Shown piece after piece: positions 11,543 through 23,338 of a DNA stretch of 64,000 nt; position 1 is the first letter of the stretch, and every line of letters begins with the position of its first letter. Source of the stretch: Piromyces finnis finn. Its lineage: Eukaryota > Fungi > Neocallimastigomycota. The translations under genes and the position numbers were made by a program. The notes beneath the pieces were generated by a model that saw nothing but the letters and a program-made list of their open reading frames with translations, did no database searches and was not told the DNA's origin. The stretch lies in the NCBI GenBank assembly GCA_002104945.1, contig MCFH01000087.1:62001-126000 (forward strand), in the 5' to 3' direction.

Positions 11543-12112
11543 TGATATGAAATTAATATGTCTAGCTACATATTAGCCAATATTTAAAATAATTTTTATT
11601 ATTTAAAATATTCAATTTCATCTTTAGAAATTTATATATAATATTTCATAATAATAATATAATAATTGATATATATTATAATACATTATTTATATATTAG
11701 TTATAGAATTCATGTACATATTTCATTATATTCTTAAATATTAATATTATATATTAGTATTAATTTTATTGTAATACTTATTTGTATTACATTACCTTTC
11801 CTTATATAGTAATATTTCATATAAAATGTAAAATATATAATATTATATCCTATTTAATTATTATTCATATATTATGAATACATTACATTATATAATTGAT
11901 ATTCAATTATAGGAATTTTATAATATAAAAATATTCATGTAAAAATAATTAATAATTAGAAAGGGAAGAGCTTTAATAATTAATAAGAAAATATTATAAG
12001 TGAAATTATTAATAAGAGAGAAGTTAATAGTAATAAAATATTTTTCACCTAATATAATAAATTATAAATAAACTAATATTAAATTACTACAACATAAAAG
12101 AAACTTATATCA
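11543..12112 (+). repeat. 3' LTR of element B
   Basis: Copy of 4434-5003, preceded by the PPT. Confidence 0.95.
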
Positions 12113-14224
12113 ACAGTCGATGATAAGGACATCGAAAACCTTATTTATGCATTCAAGAGAAAAAGTTCTGAAGAAAGTGAAGAAAGTGATGATGAGGATC
12201 ACGTGACTCAGTCGAAGAAAAAGAAACTTCGAGAAAATCCATTACCAATACACACAAAGGCCACTCAGATGAAAGAACAGCAAGAAATTCGTAATGAGAA
12301 AAATTCAAATTTTCATACCACTACTTCCCGCCTAGACATCTTAGACCCCTCGGTAATTGCAGGCAAGAATATTTCCTCTGCTAAGATGAAAAATAAAGAA
12401 ACCAGAAATAAAAGAAGAATTGGTCCAGATATACCAAGTAAACAGGACGAATTAGAAGAAGTTATAGATAGCAAAAAGTCTCCCAAAAACAACTATTATG
12501 ACTTCCTACGTTCTATTGTCATGTTGGGCAAAAATAAAGAATATAATATTTTTGATGCCCTTAATAATACAAATGCTGGTATCTCTTTTGCACAATTACT
12601 TGCAGTCAGTCCTATCATCAGAAGACTTTGTGCCAAAGGTTTAAAGCTTGATCCAAATGACGTTCGGAAAATAAACGCCATTCAAAATTTGGATCTTAAT
12701 GATGATGATATTAATTCATTTATTAATATCATTAATGAAAATTATAATAATAAAAATAATGAAAACAATGATGATGCTGATAATGACAATGATGATGATA
12801 TTATCAATATAGCAGATAACGAAATTAATGTCATTAATAAAATCAACATTGCTTCTGTCATTGGCTCAATTGATAATAACATTGTCCGAGTTTTAGTAGA
12901 TACTGGTTCTGATGTTAATGTTATTACTAAATCCTTCTTTAATTTAATATCAGCAAATCATAATATTACACATTTTAAGAGAACTTTCTTTAAATTAGCT
13001 AGCAAACAAGTTATTTCAACAAATCAAGCTGTTAATTTAACTCTTAAATTTGGTGATTTAAAAATCTATGCATTATTCTGGATTCTAGAAGATGAAGATT
13101 CATGTTATGATATTATATTAGGTCGTCAATCTCAAAAGGATCACCGATTATACATTGATCCTGATGATGACTCTCTCTACATGAAAACTAATTCATCTCC
13201 TATTATGGTTGCTCGTCCCTCAAATTTTAAACAAAATAAAAATAATCTTTCAAATATTTCAATGATTCATTGTTTCAATCCATCAAATATTAATGAATCT
13301 CAATTTAATTCATTTAATAATAATATCAAAATTCAAAATTTTAATTCGACTTTTAACAATAAAAACAAACTTTTATATTCAATTAAATTTCGACATTTAT
13401 TCAAATTTAAAAATAAATATTTTTATCCAAAATATCACATTTTTCATTCAAATTTCAGCAAATTTCCAAAAAGAATTAAAAACGATTCACTTATTAAATT
13501 TTCAATTAATAAGTCAAATCTTGTCGGCCGTGATGAAGCAGAAAAAACGCCAATTATTCACGAAAAATGCCACAAAATCAAGATATATAAAAATAAAAGT
13601 AAAATTCTAAAATATAATCATTTGAATATTAATATTAACAGGAAATTAAAATCAAGAAAAAAGCGAAATAAACAAAATGATATAATCAAAAATTCATCAA
13701 ATAATTCGTTTAAGAATATATATTTCAGTATAATAAAAAGTGTAAAAGAAAGTATTTCAAATTCAATTATTTTCAATCTAAAAGATTATATCAAATCAGT
13801 AACTTCAATTTTAAAACGACATTATTTCGACATATTAAAATCAAAATTTCATCTATTTTCAAAGTTTAAAGAAAGATAAAACCACATTAAACATTTATAT
13901 ACAAATAATACGACAATTACATTACAAAAATATATAAAAACACAAAAATATTTACACTACGACATTTAACAAAATTTCACTTCATTTTTTTTATTTCTCT
14001 TTGAAAAAAAAAAATTTTATTAATAAAAATTTTCAAATTTTTCATCATTTTTTTATAAACCTTATTTTATATTATTTTTATCATATATATATATATATAT
14101 ATAGAAAAAAAAAATTTAAATTTTTAAATATTTAGTATAAAAATATCAAAAACTTATATATTTATTATTATTTATGAATATTTTTATCAGCTACCACTAA
14201 GTCGTATCTTAGGGGAGGAAATCT

Positions 14225-14845
14225 TGATAAATAATAATTATAAATATATTATAAATTTGATATTAGTAGAAAATTTTATTATAAAATAATTATTAAATAA
14301 TTTTATATAGTTTATTATAAAAATATAATTTACATAAAATCAAATATTTTATAAATTTATATATTTGATTGGGTTAAATTATAAAAATAATTTTTAATAT
14401 AAAGAATAATAATAATTTTTAGTAGAAAATAAGAAGACTTAGATTATTAATAATAAGTTAAATTTTAATAATAGTTAATATAATTAATTAGTGAATACAT
14501 AATAATATTTAAAAGACAAAAATAAGTTTTTATATAATAAAAATTATTGTTAAAAAGAGCGTAAGAACAATAAATAAAAGAAAATATAAAAACGAAATTA
14601 AACTTGTCTAATTTGTAATTATTGTGTTAATAATAAATAATATTTTATAGAATAAATCTGGTGTTATTATTCTATATAAATATTATTAAAATAATAAAAC
14701 TATTAAAACTATAAAATAACTTAAAATAAATTAATAAAACTAGTAGATATTGTTAAAGCTCGTACAATAGCTGTCGAGATAAAACAATATAAGATAACAG
14801 AAGAAGTAGTTAAAAAGTTATAATATAACTACCAATCCGTTATCA
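14225..14845 (+). repeat. 3' LTR of element A
   Basis: Copy of 2636-3256, preceded by the PPT and followed by TSD ACAA. Confidence 0.93.
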
Positions 14846-14849
14846 ACAA

Positions 14850-15924
14850 TGATGCGTTGACCGATACATTTTTGAATAATATGATATTTTTAATAAATAA
14901 TAAATTCTAATATTTATGATGAAACAATAAATTTAAAATAAAATAAAATATGTTTTATAATTAACAAATAAATCACTCAAAAACTCGAAAATAAACTCTT
15001 TTTATTATGTTTAAATTATCTCTTTATTATATTTATAATTTATTTATTGTCTATTTATTGTCCGCCTTTTTTATAAAGAAGAATTTTATCTTCTTTTTAT
15101 ACATTTTTCATTTATTACATGTATTATTATTTTTAACTATTAAATATTATTACTATTGTGATTATTTATTAAAATTAAAGAATAAATTAAAATTATGTCT
15201 TAATATTATAAAAATGTTATAGAATATTACTTATTTGATTTTCTTATTACTTCAAAATGTTTAAAATTAGAAAAACTATTATAAATTATCATTAACTATC
15301 ATTAAATGTATAATACCTTGAATAAAATAATTAAAATTTAAAATTAAAATAATATTAAAATAAAATTAAAATGAAATTAAAATATTAAAAGTATCAATTA
15401 TTATAAACACTCATTTTATACAGAAACATAAAAGAGTTCTGTATTTTATCTTTGGAATTGTTATTATTGTTCTATTTCCAGGCTTTAAATTAATCACTTT
15501 TAGTAATAATTACTCAGTTATTTATTTGTTAATTTATATATATAAGTTTGAAAGAATTTCTAAAGAACACTTGGATAAAACACTAGAATTAATAATTTAA
15601 TGTATATCATTTTATTTTTTAGTTTATTTATTCATTTTTATTTACTTATTATTATTTTATTATTTTAATACATTTTTGGATTGAGTCGTTTTATTTTATT
15701 TAATAATTTATTTTATTATTATCACTATTAGGTCGTTTTTATTCATAATTTATTATTTAATAAAGAGAATATTATTTATTTAAAAGAAAGGGTTATATTT
15801 CCATAAAATTATTATTTATTCATTTTTAAGGGTTATTATCTTTTATTTTTATTATAAGTCGTTATGGGTTAAGTCGTGTTTATTCGGCTAGTTTTTATTA
15901 CGTTTTTATGTGAGTAGCGTATCA
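14850..15924 (-). repeat. Putative 3' LTR of element C (left boundary uncertain)
   Basis: Minus strand: PPT AAGTGGGGGGATCT then TGATACG at 15924. Far end guessed at TGATG 14850 (alternative 14882). No partner LTR to confirm. Confidence 0.45.
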
Positions 15925-15936
15925 AGATCCCCCCAC

Positions 15937-18900
15937 TTAAGTTTGGACTTCGTCCCTGGAAGTCTCATTGTGCCAAGTATGATAATGAACTAAATTCTTT
16001 TGATGAACATTTCTTTCAGCTATTGCACCACTAATAGGGTCACATAATGTAGCAGTATTAAATTCCATTTTAATAATACGGAAAGGTCCCATGAAAAATG
16101 GATCTAACTTTCTTCTTGAAAAATTTCTAACAAGTACTAAATCACCAGCTGAGAATGCAGTATTCATTGAAGCTTTTTGTTTTCTTCTATTTTCCCATAA
16201 TTTATTAGCATTCTGAATATTTTTGGTAACTTCAATAATCCATTCCCAATGTGTAGTAAATTTATTTATTAAATATTCTTCTGGAGTTTCGTATTCATTT
16301 TTATTATTATATTCTATCATAAGTTCAAATGGTTGAATGTCAGTACGACCATATAATAATTCAAAACTGGAAAATTTTGTTACTTCATTTTTACAAGTAC
16401 GTAGAGCCCATAGAGCAGATGGTAGAACTTCGTCCCATTCTTTATTTGAGTTTCCTAGTAGTCGAATATTTTTAACAATTTCTCTATTACGATTTTCTAC
16501 TTGCCCATTTGTTTCTGGATGATAAGTGCTAGAATATTGAACATATATATTATATAAATCAAGGAAGCCTTTAGTAGCATCAGAAGTAAATTGTGGACCA
16601 TTATCAGTAATTAATATTTCCGGAGTACCATGTCTAGAAAATACATTTGTAAGAAATTTTATAACATCCGTAGATTCAATTGACTTTAGTGGTTCAGCTT
16701 CAACCCATTTGGTAAAATAGTCTACAAGTACTATTATATATTTATTATTATTTTTAGTTATTGGTAGTGGTCCAATAATATCTAAACCAACTCTAGTGAA
16801 TGGTAGACCTGGTTTTGTAGCAAATGATTCAGTACCACTATTAATAGGTTGAGGTCTCTTTAATTGACAATCATGACAAGTTTTTACAAGTAGTTCTACA
16901 TCTTTAGCCATATTTTTCCAATAATAACTTTTCTTCAGTCTATTATAAGTTTTATAAAATCCTTCATGACCTATTGAATGCGCAGCTAATAGTAATTCTA
17001 TTTTCTCTTCTTTATCTTCAACAACTTTTCTGATATTGTCTCCATCTTTATAATATTTTATTCCATTTATTAAGATAATTTTCTTTTTAAGAAATTCTTT
17101 AATTTTATTACTTCCTGGATATTCATTTGAATTATTTTCACTGGTGGTACCAATAGATGTATCAGTTACTTCAGTTACAAGTACAGCTTCTAAGTCAGTA
17201 TCATTATCTAATACTTCTTCTTTTTCATTTTCAAATGAAACGGAGGATATTTTTATTTTATTTTCTATATTAAAATAATTATTTTTATCAATATTAAAAA
17301 TATTAGATGGTTCAAATGAATGAATTTTATTAAGATTATTATTATTGTGGATGTTAGAATTATAATAGTTAGTTGTAGTATTTTCATTTAATTTAGGAAA
17401 ATCATTTTTATTTATATCTATTTTATTATTTAAGTAGCAAGTGTTATTTAAGTCATTGATATCACTATTCATTACTTTATTATAAACAGTACCATTATCA
17501 TAGTCAGATAATTTATTTATTTCATTATTTTTAAAATAATTATTATTCTGGCCCTTATCAATATCATTTTTAAAATTTATATTATTATTAGTAGAAATAT
17601 AATTATTTAAATCAACATTATTAAGTTTAGGATTTTTAATTGAATTTACACTTTCATTAACACAAGAATTTTTATTTAAGTCAATGTTTTTATCAATATA
17701 AGGATTAATATTATTATTTTTATTTATTTTATTATCATTAATACATGAATTATTAAAATTACAAGAATAGACTATATTTTCATTATTTTTAGAGTAAAAA
17801 TCTTTATTTGAATTTAAGATATTATTTCTAGTGGTTTCATCATTATTATTATTAAAAGTAGCTAGTGAAAATTTTATATTACTTTTATCATTTGGTATTA
17901 GTCTAGATAATGCATCAGCGACTACATTTTTCTTTCCTTGTTCATATTTGACTTTTACTTTGAGCATACTAAGTGTAGTAACCCAGCGTGTTTGACGAGC
18001 ATTATTTGGTTCTTTATTATTAAATAAACCAACTAAAGGTTTATGGTCAGTATATAATATTGTTTCTTCTTTATTTCCACTTATATAAGATTTAAATTTC
18101 TTACAACAATAAAAAGCTGCAGTTCCTTCTAAGTCAGTTATACTATAATTAAGTTCGCTATCATTTAAAGACCTACTAACATAATGAATTGGATGTTCAA
18201 CATTATTTCCATCTTTTTGAAGTAGTACACCACCAATACCATTAAGTGATGCGTCAGTTCTTATAATAAAATTTTTATCATAGTCAGGATATTTTAAAAT
18301 AGGAGACTTAATCAGTCTTTCTTTTAGCATTTGAAAACTTTCTTCAGTTTCAGATGTCCATTCAAATTTTATACCCTTTTTTAATAGTTTAAATAGTGGA
18401 TGAGCAATTTTGGCAAATTCTTTTATAAACTTCCTGTAATATCCTATAGCTCCTAAAAATGATCTTAGCTGTGTAAGGTTTGTTGGTGACTTCCAATTTT
18501 TAATAGTTTCAATTTTCTTTTCAACTGGTTTGACACCTTCTACTGATAGAATATGACCAAGGACCTCTACTTCTTGTTTTAAGAAATGACATTTAGAAAG
18601 ATTTGCTTTTATACCATTTTCTTTTATTATATTAAAAACCTTTTGAAGATCTAATATATGTTGTTCAAGACTTGGAGAAAATACTAAAAGGTCATCCATA
18701 TAAACAAATAAACATTTTCCAATAAGTGGTAGAAATATACGGTTCATTTCTCTTTGAAAGGTTGCTGGAGCATTACATAAACCAAAAGGCATTACTTTGT
18801 AATTATAATTTCCAAATATTGTTGTAAAACATGTTTTATCAATATCTTCTTTCTTCATTGGTATTTGATGAAAACCAGAGAATAAATCCAATGTAGATAA

Positions 18901-20658
18901 ATATTTTACATTATTACCAATAGAAAATAATATTTCTTCAATATATGGAAGTGGATATGAATCTTTTATTGTTATAGAATTTAATTTTCTATAATCGACA
19001 CACATTCTCCATTTTCCATTCTTTTTTGGTACTAATAAAACTGGAGAAGACCAAGATGATTGTGATGGTTCAATTAAATCATTCTTTAATAGCTTACCTA
19101 TTTCTTCTTTTAGAATTTCCATATGTTCTTTATTAGAAATACGATACATTTTCTGTTTAATAGGATCCTCTTGATTTAATTTAATTTCATGAGCTAATAA
19201 TTTTGATTTTCCCAAATCATCAGTATCATTAGCTAGAACATCTATATTGGTTACTAAAAGATTCTTTAATTGGTCTTTTGCTTCTTCTTGTGCTTCGTCT
19301 ACTATTTTATTAATAAGTTGTAGTTTAGAATCATTAGTAGTTTTTATCTCTAAATCTTGATATTTAGCATTCTGACTAGTTAAGTAGTATATTAATGCAC
19401 CTTGATTAACTTCTTCATCAAATTCTTCTATTAAGTTAATTGGATTCATTTCATTAATACTTTCAAAGGATCCGATTTTGTGAATATCATCAGTTTTCTG
19501 ATATAAAGTATGATCAGAAAAGTCCATAATTAATTTCATATTGGCTAGAGTTTCTACACCTATTAAAACTTGGAATATATCTTCTTTCTCAATAAGTCTA
19601 AATATTTCTATAGATGTTATATCACCAATAGTAATTTCAATTTCGTATAGATGCGACTCAATAGTAGTATTAGAATAAGCTTGATATAAAGTCTCTCTAA
19701 TTTTTGAAACTGGTTTTAATGGAATATTATTTTCTAATAGGAACTTTCTAGTAATCATATTTATAGATGAACAGGAATCCAAATATACAGTAGTTTCTAT
19801 TCCTTCTATTTTGCATTTTGATTTCACAACTTTATCTTTTCTTATGGTGGAAAGAATTGTAGATTCATCCTCAATAATTTTAGTAAATTTTAATGCTTTT
19901 GAAAGTTCTGTTTTTAATTTAGGACTAATTTCAAGTAGTTGACCTATTGTTATATTTGCAAATTTTTCTCCTATATCTTTAGTTATATTATATTTTTCTT
20001 GATCTGCTGATATAACTAATCTTTTTGTACCTTTTTCATTTGGTACATCTTTTTCTTTTTGACTTGGAAGTTCAATCTCTTTTGCTAATTCTATTATTTC
20101 CTTTTCTCGTTCTTTTCGTTCTTTTTTATTATTTCGTTTAGCTTTATCTATAGTGGGTTGATTAATGAATGAGGGATCTAATTGTTTTAATGCTTCTGTT
20201 GAATTAGTGTTATTATTATTATTGTTATTAATATTATTATTTATATTGATATCATTATTTATTTTATTATTTTCATTATTATTTATATTAATGTCATTAT
20301 TCATATTCATATTATTATTAATATTATTATTATAATTTTTATTAAGATTTTTATTATTATTATTATTTTCATTTTCAATTACAGACTCCATTTCTACTTC
20401 GTTATTTGGAACTTCAATTATATCTTTATAAATATTATTCAATGGTTCTCTAGTCTCATTACTTGGAACTCTAATTGGTTGTGGATTGTCACTTAATTTT
20501 TCTTTGGTAGTTCTTTTATATGGTTTAATATCAGTATTCTTTTTAGCTTTTCTTATTACTGGAATAGTAATTTCTTCATTTACTGGTACTGATATTGTAG
20601 CAAAAGTAGTATTGGTTTGATTTATGGGAGTATTCCTTCTCCCACTCATAAGTTTAAA
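15937..20658 (-). CDS. pol: Element C Pol (PR-RT-RH-IN), -1 frame relative to gag
   Basis: VYLDSCS protease; LDLFSGFHQI and YMDD; RTDASLNGIGGVL; HSIGH...CHDC, GLDII, TDNG, VENRNRE; GPF motif. The stop codon abuts the PPT. Confidence 0.95.
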   Translation of the reverse strand, partial: FKLMSGRRNTPINQTNTTFATISVPVNEEITIPVIRKAKKNTDIKPYKRTTKEKLSDNPQPIRVPSNETREPLNNIYKDIIEVPNNEVEMESVIENENNNNNKNLNKNYNNNINNNMNMNNDININNNENNKINNDININNNINNNNNNNTNSTEALKQLDPSFINQPTIDKAKRNNKKERKEREKEIIELAKEIELPSQKEKDVPNEKGTKRLVISADQEKYNITKDIGEKFANITIGQLLEISPKLKTELSKALKFTKIIEDESTILSTIRKDKVVKSKCKIEGIETTVYLDSCSSINMITRKFLLENNIPLKPVSKIRETLYQAYSNTTIESHLYEIEITIGDITSIEIFRLIEKEDIFQVLIGVETLANMKLIMDFSDHTLYQKTDDIHKIGSFESINEMNPINLIEEFDEEVNQGALIYYLTSQNAKYQDLEIKTTNDSKLQLINKIVDEAQEEAKDQLKNLLVTNIDVLANDTDDLGKSKLLAHEIKLNQEDPIKQKMYRISNKEHMEILKEEIGKLLKNDLIEPSQSSWSSPVLLVPKKNGKWRMCVDYRKLNSITIKDSYPLPYIEEILFSIGNNVKYLSTLDLFSGFHQIPMKKEDIDKTCFTTIFGNYNYKVMPFGLCNAPATFQREMNRIFLPLIGKCLFVYMDDLLVFSPSLEQHILDLQKVFNIIKENGIKANLSKCHFLKQEVEVLGHILSVEGVKPVEKKIETIKNWKSPTNLTQLRSFLGAIGYYRKFIKEFAKIAHPLFKLLKKGIKFEWTSETEESFQMLKERLIKSPILKYPDYDKNFIIRTDASLNGIGGVLLQKDGNNVEHPIHYVSRSLNDSELNYSITDLEGTAAFYCCKKFKSYISGNKEETILYTDHKPLVGLFNNKEPNNARQTRWVTTLSMLKVKVKYEQGKKNVVADALSRLIPNDKSNIKFSLATFNNNNDETTRNNILNSNKDFYSKNNENIVYSCNFNNSCINDNKINKNNNINPYIDKNIDLNKNSCVNESVNSIKNPKLNNVDLNNYISTNNNINFKNDIDKGQNNNYFKNNEINKLSDYDNGTVYNKVMNSDINDLNNTCYLNNKIDINKNDFPKLNENTTTNYYNSNIHNNNNLNKIHSFEPSNIFNIDKNNYFNIENKIKISSVSFENEKEEVLDNDTDLEAVLVTEVTDTSIGTTSENNSNEYPGSNKIKEFLKKKIILINGIKYYKDGDNIRKVVEDKEEKIELLLAAHSIGHEGFYKTYNRLKKSYYWKNMAKDVELLVKTCHDCQLKRPQPINSGTESFATKPGLPFTRVGLDIIGPLPITKNNNKYIIVLVDYFTKWVEAEPLKSIESTDVIKFLTNVFSRHGTPEILITDNGPQFTSDATKGFLDLYNIYVQYSSTYHPETNGQVENRNREIVKNIRLLGNSNKEWDEVLPSALWALRTCKNEVTKFSSFELLYGRTDIQPFELMIEYNNKNEYETPEEYLINKFTTHWEWIIEVTKNIQNANKLWENRRKQKASMNTAFSAGDLVLVRNFSRRKLDPFFMGPFRIIKMEFNTATLCDPISGAIAERNVHQKNLVHYHTWHNETSRDEVQT

Positions 20659-21869
20659 TGATTTTGATTAGAGTTTATAAGGCCTTGTTTTTCCATTTCT
20701 GCAAGTTCTTGGAATGTATATTTGCAATCTTGCATTTTGTGGCCTACTTGTTGACATCTAAAACATTTATTTCTTTGAGACTGGTTAAACATATTCACTT
20801 GACTTTGAGATGTAGTTTGATTAACTTTATTAGTAGTAGTATTCATTTTATTAGCATTAACATTATTAGAATAATTAGTGGAATTTTGATATGATTTATT
20901 TTCTTCCATATTGGAATAATTATTGTTATTAAATGTACTAGAATTATAAGGGTATTTACTATAACCATTATTATATGCATTTTGATCACCTTGATAGTTG
21001 TTATAATTATTGTTATAATTATTATTATAATTGTTACTATAACTATTATTATTAGTATTGAAATTATTTGGGTAATTATTTCTGTAATTATTTCTCTTAT
21101 TAAAACGTTGATTTCTCATATTATAGTTTCCATTGAATCGCATATTATAATTATTATAATTATTATTATTATCATAATTATTATTGTAGTTATTATTGTA
21201 GTATCCATTATAAGTATATGGACTATCATTATTATTAAAATAATTATAATTAGTTCCACCACTATGTTGAGTAAATAGATTATAATTTTGGTTTTGATAT
21301 GGATCAAAGTAAGGTTGGTTATCAGTAAACATATTTACATTATGATACTGAGGAACTTCAGTTGCTGATTCAGCTAATTCGGCAACCTTAAAAGCGGCTT
21401 CTATATCTTTAGGTTGGGCAGTGATTACTTGAGTTCTGATAAAAGGACGAGAAATAATGGAATTAGTATAATCCTTAACAGTAACGAATAGTTGGGATCC
21501 AACATTAAGATTTTTATATAAGTTTCCATATCTCCAGTTGAAATCCTTAATACTTTCTCCCCTTCTAATTTTTAGAGCCTTAATATTAAAACATTTTTCT
21601 TGAGGCGTAATTTCTAAGTATTCTTCAATAGCCTCCTTAATATCTTCGATACTAGGGTAATTTATTCCAGTATCACTTTCTGTTTTTAAATCATCAATGA
21701 TTCCTTTTAATCTACCTTGGACACTTTCCTTTGCCCAAGCAAATATCTTTTTGGGATCATTGATGTCAGATAGGTCCATAACTCTGCTGAATTCTTCAGC
21801 CCAGCTTTCGATATCCCTATCTTGACTACCAATTCTAGGTAGCATTTTAGTGATTTCACTGATCTTCAT
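20646..21869 (-). CDS. gag: Element C Gag with N/Y-rich region and CCHC knuckle
   Basis: 407-aa ORF containing CFRCQQVGHKMQDC. Confidence 0.9.
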   Translation of the reverse strand: MKISEITKMLPRIGSQDRDIESWAEEFSRVMDLSDINDPKKIFAWAKESVQGRLKGIIDDLKTESDTGINYPSIEDIKEAIEEYLEITPQEKCFNIKALKIRRGESIKDFNWRYGNLYKNLNVGSQLFVTVKDYTNSIISRPFIRTQVITAQPKDIEAAFKVAELAESATEVPQYHNVNMFTDNQPYFDPYQNQNYNLFTQHSGGTNYNYFNNNDSPYTYNGYYNNNYNNNYDNNNNYNNYNMRFNGNYNMRNQRFNKRNNYRNNYPNNFNTNNNSYSNNYNNNYNNNYNNYQGDQNAYNNGYSKYPYNSSTFNNNNYSNMEENKSYQNSTNYSNNVNANKMNTTTNKVNQTTSQSQVNMFNQSQRNKCFRCQQVGHKMQDCKYTFQELAEMEKQGLINSNQNHLNL

Positions 21870-22097
21870 TTTTGTATATATAAATTTCTTATAAGGTAAA
21901 ATAATTAAAATAAAAGAATAATTTAATTTGAAATAAATGATAATAAAGAAAATAATTGGAATTTATATATTATATATATATATATGTGTTTTGAACTTTA
22001 ATAATATAATAATATTAATAATATTTATAAAATTAAAAATGAAAAGAATTGAATATATAAATAATTGATAAATTGATAAAGTATAAAATAATATAAA

Positions 22098-22138
<41 letters not shown>

Positions 22139-23338
22139 AAAAAAATTAAAGAAAATTATTTAGAAATTGAGAAGTATATTAAAGAAAAATAAAAGAATAA
22201 AAAATAAGTAATACAACAGAAATCTATATATATATTGTATAAATTATATATATTATATGGATTATATAAATTATAAAAATTATATAAATAAATGAAATTT
22301 AATATTGAATGAGATCAGATCAGAGAAGTATTTTATAGAAAGTATATTATATTATTATTATTAGTCAGGAATAATAGAAGCTTTACGGAATAATATCTAA
22401 TTATAAATTTAAATGCAATTTATTAACTCTCAATTTTAAATGATCAAGGAAGAATGAAAGAATAATTTTTTTTTTTTTTTTTTTTTTTTTGCAATTAGGA
22501 ATTTATAAGAATATGTATATTTTTTTTTATTTAATTTAATTATAATAGTTTATATATATTGTTACAATTATTTATTTATTTTTAGGCACCCGAGGCACAG
22601 TGACTATAAAGACTTTCGGATCCCTACTAAACCCCCACCTTTAAATGATAAATTTTCACTTCCAAAGTTCTGCTCCTTACTCAGGATTTTCAGCCGAACT
22701 TGCTACTCTCTTACTTGAGAATCAAATAAAGGCTGTCTAGTATACCTACTCCCTCTTGCTGAGTGTGTACCCGCCTTACTCTCTAAATAATAATTGCTTT
22801 AATTATTGCTATATTTCGAACTCAGTCTATTATATAACAACAACCAATATATACTTACTATTTTTTTTTTGTTATAATTTAAATTAAAAAATTTTTAGTC
22901 AATAATTAAGAATATTGAAATAAATTATTCGCTTAATATGTAGGTAGCCTTAAGCTAAGAAGTTTTTCATTCAACAGCCGCCTCTACAAATAAGCACTGG
23001 TGAATTAATTTATTCTCTTAATTAAGAAATAAAAATTGTATATTTAATTCAAATTATGATCTTATTATTAACTGCTGAGAAGGATTAACTTTTTTTCCTA
23101 GTTTTTACTATCACACTGATCCCCTGGATAGATCAGAAATATAACAAACTAACTGAATGGATTAAGTTATCCTTATTAATAATAAGAACGGAAACGATTA
23201 TAGGAATTATAGAAATTTTCTTCCTTGTGTAACGTATATGACTAACTATTAATCACTTAGTCTTTAATTTCTTAAATACCCTTTTTAGAAATATTAAAAT
23301 TTTTATAATTTTAAAATTATATATATTTCCTTTTATAT

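Larger units (their letters stand above)
4434..12112 (+). mobile_element. Intact Ty3/Gypsy LTR retrotransposon B (no chromodomain), nested in A
   Basis: 570-bp LTRs, 4-bp TSD ACAG (4430-4433 / 12113-12116), PBS 5007-5025, PPT AGCAGGGAAGTTTC at 11529-11542, gag plus pol in PR-RT-RH-IN order. Confidence 0.96.
4199..13879 (+). pseudogene. Element A second ORF (-1 frame; aspartic protease, no RT/RH/IN), split into 4199-4433 and 12117-13879 by element B
   Basis: Removing B and one TSD copy gives one open frame (...HVTNT/VDDKDIENL...HVTQSKKKK...). Contains VLVDTGSDVNVI. No RT, RNase H or integrase motifs before the stop. Confidence 0.8.
2636..14845 (+). mobile_element. Ty3/Gypsy-type LTR element A (non-autonomous, Gag plus protease only), interrupted by element B
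   Basis: 621-bp LTRs at 2636-3256 and 14225-14845, 4-bp TSD ACAA (2632-2635 / 14846-14849), PBS 3259-3270, PPT AGGGGAGGAAATCT at 14211-14224. Confidence 0.92.
14850..23338 (-). mobile_element. Ty3/Gypsy element C, coding-intact but lacking a recognisable 5' LTR or PBS
   Basis: Intact gag and pol, PPT and LTR start. The leader region runs into element E at 23339. Confidence 0.85.

Noticed and set aside
6293-21307. Many short I/L-rich ORFs antisense or out of frame to gag and pol (e.g. 6293-6580, 7281-7832, 9768-10112, 20982-21278)
   Set aside because: Shadows of AAT-rich low-complexity codons.
22632-22650. CCCCCACCTTTAAATGATA as a possible PBS and LTR start for element C
   Set aside because: It lacks the TGG of a tRNA PBS, and the following sequence does not match the C 3' LTR region.
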